DNA of 64,000 bases from an uncultured Pseudomonadota bacterium (GTDB taxonomy: Bacteria > Pseudomonadota > Gammaproteobacteria > Steroidobacterales > Steroidobacteraceae): assembly GCA_903929455.1 (NCBI GenBank), contig CAIYVA010000110.1:14651-78650 (forward strand), in the 5' to 3' direction. Below, in pieces: positions 19,097 to 26,622 of this stretch (its first letter is position 1; every line of letters begins with the position of its first letter). The position numbers and the translations under genes were made by a program. A model generated the notes under the pieces. It saw nothing but the letters and a program-made list of their open reading frames with translations. It was not told where the DNA came from and ran no database searches.

Positions 19097-19531
19097 ATGT
19101 CATCAGATGAACAAGCGATTATGCATGGCCTCGGTCATTTCGCACGATTGATAGACGGCAAGTTGTGGGACCGCATAGGTGAGGTGTTTGCAGCCGATGT
19201 GAGCTTCCACTACGGGATCGGTGCAGACCAGCACGGCATTGAGCGCTTACGTGCGCTGTTTCAGCATTTTTTGGACCGATGCGGTGGAACGCAACATCTG
19301 CTGGGTAGCGTCATTTTAGATTTGGATGGCGACCAAGCGATCAGTCGCGCCTATGTTCAAGCGCGCCATCAGCGTCGTGATGACCTAGGGGGGCCGGTTC
19401 TCGATACGAGCGGCGAATATATTGATCGTTGGGAGCGGCGCCCCGAAGGCTGGCGTATCATCCGCCGCGACGCGAAATGGTTTACGTTCTCAGGAGATTT
19501 AAGCATCCTACCAAGCGTCGTGGACGCCTGA
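19097..19531 (+). CDS. NTF2-fold / SnoaL-like protein
   Basis: 144 aa. The pattern (LIDGKLWDRIGEVFAADV...HLLGS...YIDRWERRPEGWRI) resembles SnoaL_4-type NTF2 proteins. Last gene of the ACAD operon. Confidence 0.6.
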   Translation: MSSDEQAIMHGLGHFARLIDGKLWDRIGEVFAADVSFHYGIGADQHGIERLRALFQHFLDRCGGTQHLLGSVILDLDGDQAISRAYVQARHQRRDDLGGPVLDTSGEYIDRWERRPEGWRIIRRDAKWFTFSGDLSILPSVVDA

Positions 19532-19801
19532 TTAACTGCCGACCGTACTCGGCGGGCTCCTACGCAGAGGGTAGATTGGCGGAGCGGCACCGTTCCAACG
19601 GCCAGTGCTGATGGAAGCACGCAATACTGACGTTTGGCACCACACGCCATGGCCGAACACGTGTCGCCACTAGCGCCTCTTGGGAGCGGCTCTTTTTAAC
19701 AATATGATTTAGCTCATATTATTCTCCATTCAATTCAAGCAACCCTGCTTAGTCCATAGCAGCCCATTCCGCAGCGCCCTCACACACAGCGCTTTTTTTC
19801 T

Positions 19802-19830
19802 TGTGAATATCTATTCACAATCTATTCACA
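19802..19830 (+). promoter_or_regulatory. operator-like repeat set immediately upstream of the wHTH gene
   Basis: Inverted repeat TGTGAATA (19802-19809) / TATTCACA (19812-19819). The 10-mer TCTATTCACA occurs twice (19810-19819 and 19821-19830). The set ends 10 nt before ATG 19841. Confidence 0.55.
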
Positions 19831-19840
19831 CTAAGTCACA

Positions 19841-20347
19841 ATGTGGTCCATGTATCCGACGCTAACCGACACCGTGACCCGCCTCTTGATCTCGGAACCA
19901 AGCGGCCTCTCGTCACCAGAACTCAGACAGCGCCTGCGCCATCGAATCAGCCAGCCTACGCTTTGGCGTGTATTGAACACCCTGCGCAGTGAAGGTCGCA
20001 TCGTCGTCACTGGACGCGCTCGTGCCACACGTTACCGTAGCGCCAATCCAACAGATCTCGCCACGCAACGAAGCTTGCATATGCACCGCGCCGTCGCACG
20101 GCGTCTTGCGCAAATGCCTACATTGCGGAAGGTGGCAATAGAGCGACTTGAGCAGCTACGCCGCATTAATCCACATGGACGGGCTTATCACGACCGGTGG
20201 GCGCGTGCGCTTGAAGGCTCTCTGCCGTCATTACTCAGACTCTTGACCGAAGAATCCGAATCAGCGTCTTCCTTACGTAAAGAGTCACCATTCACCACGC
20301 TCGTCACGCCGGCGGATAGACGGCGCGCATTCTATCTAGTTCGCTGA
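19841..20347 (+). CDS. winged-helix DNA-binding protein (putative antitoxin/regulator)
   Basis: 168 aa. The N-terminal GLSSPELRQRLRHRISQPTLWRVLNTLRSEGRIVVTGRARATRY looks like a wHTH. There is no Shine-Dalgarno upstream. Confidence 0.6.
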   Translation: MWSMYPTLTDTVTRLLISEPSGLSSPELRQRLRHRISQPTLWRVLNTLRSEGRIVVTGRARATRYRSANPTDLATQRSLHMHRAVARRLAQMPTLRKVAIERLEQLRRINPHGRAYHDRWARALEGSLPSLLRLLTEESESASSLRKESPFTTLVTPADRRRAFYLVR

Positions 20348-20357
20348 ATTACTCACT

Positions 20358-20891
20358 GTGCGTCGTGATCAACTCCAACACGTAATCTTTGAGATTGGCA
20401 CTCGGTTCGCGCTAACAGAATTCTATGTTATAGGCTCTGCCGCGATCCTCGCAGCGCTGCCAGAGCCACCACCCGGCGCACTAACAGCTACGAGAGACGT
20501 GGATATCATTCCACTGACAGATGATCAAAAAATCGCCGACCAAATTTCTTTTGTGATCGGCGAAGCAAGTGACTTTGACTTAGCCCATGGCTACTACGCT
20601 CAGGGTGTCTCGGAGGCAACACCGACCTTTGCGCCTCGTAACTGGAAGTCCCGAGCCATCCCAATTCGGGTAGCGCAATTTACAGCCTGGTGCATGGAAC
20701 CAACCGACCTCGTACTCAGCAAACTAGGCGCCGCGCGTGAAAAAGACATCGAGTTCGCACACAGCGCTTCAAATCTACATCTTGTTACACCAGAAGGACT
20801 ACTAGAGCGTCTTTCGCTCATTGACTGCACTCCGACGCAACGCACGCGCATCACCGAACGCGTGCATGCACTTAACGTACCAAGAGAGTGA
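20358..20891 (+). CDS. minimal Pol-beta-superfamily nucleotidyltransferase-like protein (putative toxin/effector)
   Basis: 177 aa with a GTG start 10 nt after the wHTH stop. GS...DVD arrangement (VIGSAAILAAL...TRDVDIIPL) followed by a helical C-terminal part. Confidence 0.55.
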   Translation: MRRDQLQHVIFEIGTRFALTEFYVIGSAAILAALPEPPPGALTATRDVDIIPLTDDQKIADQISFVIGEASDFDLAHGYYAQGVSEATPTFAPRNWKSRAIPIRVAQFTAWCMEPTDLVLSKLGAAREKDIEFAHSASNLHLVTPEGLLERLSLIDCTPTQRTRITERVHALNVPRE

Positions 20892-20973
20892 AGCGCTAAG
20901 ATTAGGGTAGTAGCCTAGGAATTTGACCCCTCAGCGTTTACCAGAAAACCTCAATCCCCAACCCCTAAAAGCA

Positions 20974-20999
20974 CTTGGGGCGGCCAAAGCCGCCCCAAG
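20974..20999. terminator. strong bidirectional Rho-independent terminator
   Basis: Perfect 11-bp GC-rich stem CTTGGGGCGGC / GCCGCCCCAAG with a CAAA loop, followed by GTTTCTC on the plus strand and TGCTTTTA on the minus strand. It sits between convergent genes. Confidence 0.8.
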
Positions 21000-21022
21000 G
21001 TTTCTCGAAACACCGACCAGCC

Positions 21023-22156
21023 TCAGCCCACTGCAGTTCGCTTCTTTTTCTCTGGGTCATCAAATGGCAGCGTATGCGCTATCGCTGGCCCCTTGACCGT
21101 CTTACCGCGGACTTCGAGTTTGGTGCCATGCACCGCCAATGGCGTCTCGATACGCATAATGGCCATCGATTTCTTCGTTAAGCTCGAATACATGCCGAAG
21201 GTAATGACACCGACCTTCTTGCCGGCCGAGTAGACCTCGTCACCTAAATCAGCCGCCACGTGACCATCGACTAACAAGCCAAAGATCTTGAAGCGCTCTT
21301 TGCCTTTTAAGCGCCAGTGCTGATCAGCACCGCGAAAGTCCGTCTTGCCCGGGCTCACTGTAAAATCGAGACCCAACTCCCACAGGGTGTCGCCGGGTGG
21401 GTCCTTATCAAAGGGATACATCTGCGACATGTCATAGGGGTAGAACAGCAAGGAGCTTTCCACTCGCAGCATATCGAGGGTTGAGAAGCAGGCAGGCACT
21501 ATACCCATCGACTTCCCTTCGCTCAGGATGCTATCCCAAACAATACCCGCCTCCGCACCCTTCACAAAGATCTCATAGCCCCGCTCACCGGTATAACCGG
21601 TGCGCGAAATGGTCACGGCCGCACCAAACAAGGTCGCTGGCATGTGGTGGAAATATTTCAGATCGCGGACACCAGGCACATGCTTTGCAAGGAAATCAAC
21701 CGCCACAGGGCCCTGTAAAGACAGATCATGCAGATCATCATCGAATAACAGCGCGGCATTACGACCTGTCACTAATGGTGCCAGTGTCTCATGCCCAGCA
21801 CCGCTACCATGAACCACCATCCACGCATTGGGACCGGTACGGTACAAAACGCAGTCCTCGATGAAATGACCGGCGTCATTCAACATCGTGGCATAGGCAG
21901 ATTTTCCTGGATAAATCTTATCGACATTGCGGCTAGTGGCGTACTGCAAAATAGCGGACGCGTGTGGTCCCACCAAGTGCAGCTTCTTCAGGCCAGACAC
22001 ATCCATGAGCGCTGCTTTAGTTCTAATCGCGACGTGGTGGTCGACCATATTGCTGTCATAGGTCCAAGCTGTCCCCATGCCGTTCCAGTCCTCGAGCTTT
22101 GAGCCCAAGGCCCGGTGTCGATCCCCTAAAACGGTTGTACGCCAACTAAGTGCCAT
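21023..22156 (-). CDS. dmmD: GcvT-family tetrahydrofolate-binding aminomethyltransferase-like protein (dimethylamine monooxygenase DmmD-type)
   Basis: 377 aa with the GcvT fold (LGSKLEDWNGM..., GYTGERGYEIF). Last gene of a DUF3445/reductase cluster. Confidence 0.7.
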   Translation of the reverse strand: MALSWRTTVLGDRHRALGSKLEDWNGMGTAWTYDSNMVDHHVAIRTKAALMDVSGLKKLHLVGPHASAILQYATSRNVDKIYPGKSAYATMLNDAGHFIEDCVLYRTGPNAWMVVHGSGAGHETLAPLVTGRNAALLFDDDLHDLSLQGPVAVDFLAKHVPGVRDLKYFHHMPATLFGAAVTISRTGYTGERGYEIFVKGAEAGIVWDSILSEGKSMGIVPACFSTLDMLRVESSLLFYPYDMSQMYPFDKDPPGDTLWELGLDFTVSPGKTDFRGADQHWRLKGKERFKIFGLLVDGHVAADLGDEVYSAGKKVGVITFGMYSSLTKKSMAIMRIETPLAVHGTKLEVRGKTVKGPAIAHTLPFDDPEKKKRTAVG

Positions 22157-22225
22157 CTTCCTACTCCTTCAATGAAAGCGCCCATCTGCGCTTATGTAAG
22201 TGTGAACAGTAAAACCAATCCGAAT

Positions 22226-23269
22226 TTATTCCGGTGCGTTGCCTGACGTTGTCGGTGAACCATCATCCAGTGGGGCAAGCCAGTTCACGACATGATCTCG
22301 GTACCGTGTCAGCCCCTTATAATCGACCAGCGCAGGATGCAGGTCGCGTAGCGTGCGATGCGTACGCCGCGCCCATTTTGGAATGGTTGCTAGCTCGCGG
22401 ATGCTGATTAAATAGCAACGGATACCAAAAAGCATCGCATTGCTACGGGGCAGCCGCCAAAGACCCTGCAACTCGACGCGGATATGCGCCTTATCCGCTA
22501 CGTTATCTGCCGTAACGGAAGCGCGATCAGAGCCCCACCTTGGGTAGAACTCTGGCGAGGTATCAAGCCTAGGATTCACGGTCATCGTCCAGTTCAAGCG
22601 TCTGACTGGCTCATTGATTCGCAAATTAAGTAAAAACTTTAAGGCGCGATCGAACACGTTCAATTCATGCGCTAAAGGCACAGGGCCGTGCCATTCCTTA
22701 AAGCTCATGCCCATATCAAAGTCCATAGACCAGTCCGCAGGCGTTGTGACCATGCCCGCTTCAATATAAAAATCGCCATCGCGCTGGTCCATCACCACAA
22801 AGTCACCCTGCGCCTGGCGCGTAATGTAATCGAGCGGCTCACGTGGCAAGGTACTGGGATCACCGAACGTAAACTCATTCTTTATATTAAGTAACTTGTT
22901 ATGCCAACTCCAACGATTACCCTGCTTGCTGAGCGAAAACTGCTCAGGGTAATCCTTCGACATATGATTCATCAGCAGTTCAAGCACATCCCACTGCGCA
23001 CTCATCATATGCGGCAACGCTTGATAGCGTAGAGGATCTTCTTTTAGAACAATCTCTCGATCACGACATTCGCCAATGTAATGTTCATCGACATCAAACT
23101 GAAACTCTGTGATCGAGTCTTTCGGTCCCGGCACATGAGGCTCAATGTTGACCGAGTACATGTACTTGTCTTCAACAAACGGCAGCGGGAACCGACGAAT
23201 GGCTCTAGGACTATTGGAATATTTAAAATCGTCGCGGAAAGTCTCATCCGTTTTGAACACAGCACTCAT
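22226..23269 (-). CDS. dmmC: DUF3445 heme-dependent oxidative N-demethylase alpha-subunit family (DmmC-type)
   Basis: 347 aa. Family-typical segments: QGDFVVMDQ..., WHGPVPL, RRLNWTM, RVELQGLWRLPRSNAMLFGIRCYL. Confidence 0.7.
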   Translation of the reverse strand: MSAVFKTDETFRDDFKYSNSPRAIRRFPLPFVEDKYMYSVNIEPHVPGPKDSITEFQFDVDEHYIGECRDREIVLKEDPLRYQALPHMMSAQWDVLELLMNHMSKDYPEQFSLSKQGNRWSWHNKLLNIKNEFTFGDPSTLPREPLDYITRQAQGDFVVMDQRDGDFYIEAGMVTTPADWSMDFDMGMSFKEWHGPVPLAHELNVFDRALKFLLNLRINEPVRRLNWTMTVNPRLDTSPEFYPRWGSDRASVTADNVADKAHIRVELQGLWRLPRSNAMLFGIRCYLISIRELATIPKWARRTHRTLRDLHPALVDYKGLTRYRDHVVNWLAPLDDGSPTTSGNAPE

Positions 23270-23287
23270 GATGATCTCCTGTTCCGA

Positions 23288-24250
23288 CTACAGATCCAGT
23301 ACCAAATTCTTACCATGCGCCCGTGAGACACACGGCATGATCAGGGTGCCAGAGGCTTTCTCTTCTGGCGACAAATAGTGGTCGTTATGGACTAACACGC
23401 CGTCGACCTCGAGTACGCGGCACTTGCATTCACCGCACACCCCACCGCGGCACAGATAAGGCGCATCCACACCGGCGTCTTCAATGGCCTCAAGCAAGCT
23501 CTGATCCGGCAGAACGCTGACTTTGACATTGGATTTCTTGAGAAACACATCGAAGGGGTCACCTACCGGAGGCGCACTAAACTGCTCCCAGTGGATATGA
23601 CTCTCTGCCCAGCCGGCCGCACGCGCGCTGGCGAGCACCCGACCGATCATGGGAGTCGGCCCACAGACATAGACGTGCGTCCCCAAGGGCTGCGCAGCGA
23701 CTAAGCCCTCAATATCGATCCGATGCTCGGCACTGTCGTGATAAATCCTCACACGATCTCCGTGGCGAGCCAGCAGACGATCAGCAAAGGCAGCATGGTC
23801 TGGCGCTCGCACGGAGTAGTGCAGCTCATAAGGTACCGCACCCATTTTAAGATCTTCTAGCTGTGCTGCAATCGCAGTGATGCCGACGCCGCCCGCGAAT
23901 AACACGTGCTTGAGTGCGAGTTTATCGAGCTGAAATAGATTCACTGGATGCGCGATCTGCAGGGTCATCCCTACGGTTACGTGATCGTGCATAAACACCG
24001 ATCCACCGCGCGACTGATCTGCACGCCGCACCGCAATCTCATAGGCACTCAGATCATTTGGTGAGCTGAGCAGTGAGTACGGATTTCGATAGACCCGGGT
24101 GGCACCTTTCATCACAACCACAACATGCGAGCCACCGGAAAAAGACGGCATCTGAGCACCATCAGCGGCTTTCAATACAAAATGCTTGATCAGCGGGGTC
24201 ACCTGCGTGATCGCCGTGACTGTCACAGCAAAGGTGTGACTGTGGCTCAT
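23288..24250 (-). CDS. dmmB: phthalate-dioxygenase-reductase-type flavin/NAD(P)H/[2Fe-2S] oxidoreductase (DmmB-type)
   Basis: RNPYSL flavin motif, GGVGITA NAD motif, and a C-terminal plant-type ferredoxin CRGGVCGECKC. Confidence 0.75.
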   Translation of the reverse strand: MSHSHTFAVTVTAITQVTPLIKHFVLKAADGAQMPSFSGGSHVVVVMKGATRVYRNPYSLLSSPNDLSAYEIAVRRADQSRGGSVFMHDHVTVGMTLQIAHPVNLFQLDKLALKHVLFAGGVGITAIAAQLEDLKMGAVPYELHYSVRAPDHAAFADRLLARHGDRVRIYHDSAEHRIDIEGLVAAQPLGTHVYVCGPTPMIGRVLASARAAGWAESHIHWEQFSAPPVGDPFDVFLKKSNVKVSVLPDQSLLEAIEDAGVDAPYLCRGGVCGECKCRVLEVDGVLVHNDHYLSPEEKASGTLIMPCVSRAHGKNLVLDL

Positions 24251-24858
24251 ACAAACACCTCTTCGATCGGCGGCAACTCGCCTGGTACTTCAGCGTCAAT
24301 CATGACGCCCATATACGCCGCCAAACGCCGTGAATAATGGTCGCGAACGACCAGCCAGCGCTGACAATCGACACACTGAACGATATTGGTGGTGACATCC
24401 TCGGTCGCAGCCCGACAGTGAATACAATGCACGCGACGCGCCGGAGATCCACACTCTTCTGCGCGAATCTCATCACGATTGAGGTTAAAGCGCGCCGCAA
24501 TACGCATGACAAGACCCATGAAGGCTTCCGGGCCGGCGACATATAAGCGAGTGCCCATGATGGATGCTTTTAGGATCGTCTCAAATTCGGATAATAGCGA
24601 TGCCGAATCCTTAAATAGCTGCACCTCACCCGCATCCGCGTGTCGCATCATCTCATGCATTGCCATCGACGCACTTTTATCGGTCACATACAAGAGACGA
24701 CGAGAGGCCTTAGTGACACCCGCGAGCGTGCAGTCTGCCATCAAGCGCGTGAGCGGTTCGGCGCCAACGCCAAAACCCACCAACAGGTGAGTGCGCCCAC
24801 CAAGGTCAGGCGCTAGCGGCGTATAGACCGGTTTACTCTTAATACCCCTAATTAACAT
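24247..24858 (-). CDS. dmmA: small DmmA-type subunit with C-terminal Cys4 motif
   Basis: 203 aa with CIHC...CVDC near the C-terminus. Its stop overlaps the dmmB start (ATGA). First gene of the four-gene set. Confidence 0.55.
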   Translation of the reverse strand: MLIRGIKSKPVYTPLAPDLGGRTHLLVGFGVGAEPLTRLMADCTLAGVTKASRRLLYVTDKSASMAMHEMMRHADAGEVQLFKDSASLLSEFETILKASIMGTRLYVAGPEAFMGLVMRIAARFNLNRDEIRAEECGSPARRVHCIHCRAATEDVTTNIVQCVDCQRWLVVRDHYSRRLAAYMGVMIDAEVPGELPPIEEVFV

Positions 24859-24899
24859 GCCGACATCTCCCGCACAGCGCCTAAGTGCCCAGTGCTTGG

Positions 24900-26576
24900 T
24901 TAAAAGACTGCCAAATGGTGGGTGACATAAACGACGGCAACACCGAGCACCAAGACGACAAACGGCCAGATACCCGCTCGTGTCAGCGCCTTACCGTCCG
25001 CTTGAATCTCCAGATCAGCCACCATTTCTGGTGGGAATGCCCCTTTATCCTGCACGTAGTGCCGATAGACAAACACAGGGATAATCAAGGCAGCGAAACA
25101 CAGGCCCGCCACTAACGTTCCTGAGCCATACAGGTCGGCGCCGAAGCCCATAAAGGCTAAATTGGCAAACGCGAACACGGCACCTATCCCCAGAATGATC
25201 GTCGGCGCTCGCCATGGCCGCTCCTGATTAGGGCGATCCACCCGATGCATCCAACCTGACTGCAGATTTAAGAAGTTAAATATCAGATAACCCACATTGG
25301 AGGCACCTAGTACAAATACATAGTCGGACATCATTAACAGAAGCAAATTGAAGCCCAAATTAGTCATGGCGGCGTTCACCGGCGCACCATTGGCATTCAC
25401 CTTAGATAGATATTTAGGCAACCACCCATCGACAGAGGCCTGATACAGCGTACGCGATGATCCGGCCATAGACGTGATCAGCGCGAGCACCAACGCAATC
25501 AACAGCATGGCTACCACCGCGACACCGATGACCTTGCCGCCGTGCAACATATTGGCCATCACCGCAGCGACACCCATACCACTGTAAATGTCTGGCGAGA
25601 GCATGCCGCTATACACGGCAGGTGTCGTGATGGCACCCGCCGCATCTAATACCGCAGGCGTCTGCAGAGTGCCCATCCCAAGGAAACCTTGGAAAGAAAA
25701 AGGCACGAGCGAGAACACCACAAGACACAACAAGCCTGAGTAAAAGATTGCCTTAAACGTGTCTACCTTGGGATTCTTAAACTCACCCGTGTAACACACC
25801 GCCGTCTCAAAGCCGTAGGTTGTCCAAGCAGCCAAATACATGCCGGCCGCCACAACCGTAATACCGGCCATATTAAAGGTGCCATCCGCAACGGCACCGA
25901 GCTTGTCATGCACCAACGGCACCAGTGGGAACAGATTGGTATGCACCACATCGCCCGTGATGATGGGCACCACACCGATCAGCAGCAGAGGAATAATTGC
26001 CGATAGTCCCATGATTTTCGTGATGTTCGCTGAACGCAGAATGCCACCATCCTGGATCCACTTCACACCCAGCAAAATGAGCGCGCCCAGTACAAAAGTG
26101 GCGTTAAGACGCAAGGACAGCCCCGTCTTAATGACGGACAGATCCAAAAGCGTAATGTGCCAGGTATTGATCACCGCATCCGGCGTGAAAAATGCATTCA
26201 AAATATAGCCAGCAGCCAATCCCGAACCAATCGCCTGCACAGGCGACCAAGCGAACCAGTTACACCAAACAGAAATCGGGGCCACTATTTTGGAATAACG
26301 CACCCAAGCGATTGCGCCATACACCGAGGTACCGCCAGACTTATTTGGGAACAAGCCTGCGATTTCTGCGTACGTGAATGATTGAATAAATCCCATCAGG
26401 ATGGATGCAATCCAGATCACCCACGACATCTTTCCAACAGTCGCTGCGACCGCACCAATGTTGAACAGCACGAGTGGTGGCACACCACTCGCCACCCAAA
26501 ACGCACCTGTCCAGTCAATTCCTCGCTCGAGTCCGCTACTGCCGGCCGCCGCCTGATTATTATTGTCCGTTGTCAT
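24900..26576 (-). CDS. APC-superfamily amino acid/organocation permease
   Basis: 558 aa, highly hydrophobic and multi-spanning. N-terminal WVASGVPPLVLF and GGTSVYG-type APC segments. Confidence 0.75.
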   Translation of the reverse strand: MTTDNNNQAAAGSSGLERGIDWTGAFWVASGVPPLVLFNIGAVAATVGKMSWVIWIASILMGFIQSFTYAEIAGLFPNKSGGTSVYGAIAWVRYSKIVAPISVWCNWFAWSPVQAIGSGLAAGYILNAFFTPDAVINTWHITLLDLSVIKTGLSLRLNATFVLGALILLGVKWIQDGGILRSANITKIMGLSAIIPLLLIGVVPIITGDVVHTNLFPLVPLVHDKLGAVADGTFNMAGITVVAAGMYLAAWTTYGFETAVCYTGEFKNPKVDTFKAIFYSGLLCLVVFSLVPFSFQGFLGMGTLQTPAVLDAAGAITTPAVYSGMLSPDIYSGMGVAAVMANMLHGGKVIGVAVVAMLLIALVLALITSMAGSSRTLYQASVDGWLPKYLSKVNANGAPVNAAMTNLGFNLLLLMMSDYVFVLGASNVGYLIFNFLNLQSGWMHRVDRPNQERPWRAPTIILGIGAVFAFANLAFMGFGADLYGSGTLVAGLCFAALIIPVFVYRHYVQDKGAFPPEMVADLEIQADGKALTRAGIWPFVVLVLGVAVVYVTHHLAVF

Positions 26577-26622
26577 CAGTCATCCCCTGAAAGTAAGAGA
26601 CTCGAGCTATAAGAATTAAGAT

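Noticed and set aside
19650-21000. Treating the wHTH/NTase module as a mobile genomic island
   Set aside because: There is no integrase, transposase or tRNA nearby. I found no direct repeats shared by the two flanks. It is only about 1.3 kb, so it looks like a simple inserted two-gene cassette.
21023-22156. Interpreting the GcvT-like gene as DmdA (DMSP demethylase) or the glycine-cleavage T protein
   Set aside because: It is the terminal gene of a DUF3445 / PDR-reductase / small-subunit cluster, the DmmD/HODM-delta context. No gcvH/gcvP or dmdBCD genes are nearby. Phylogeny is still needed.
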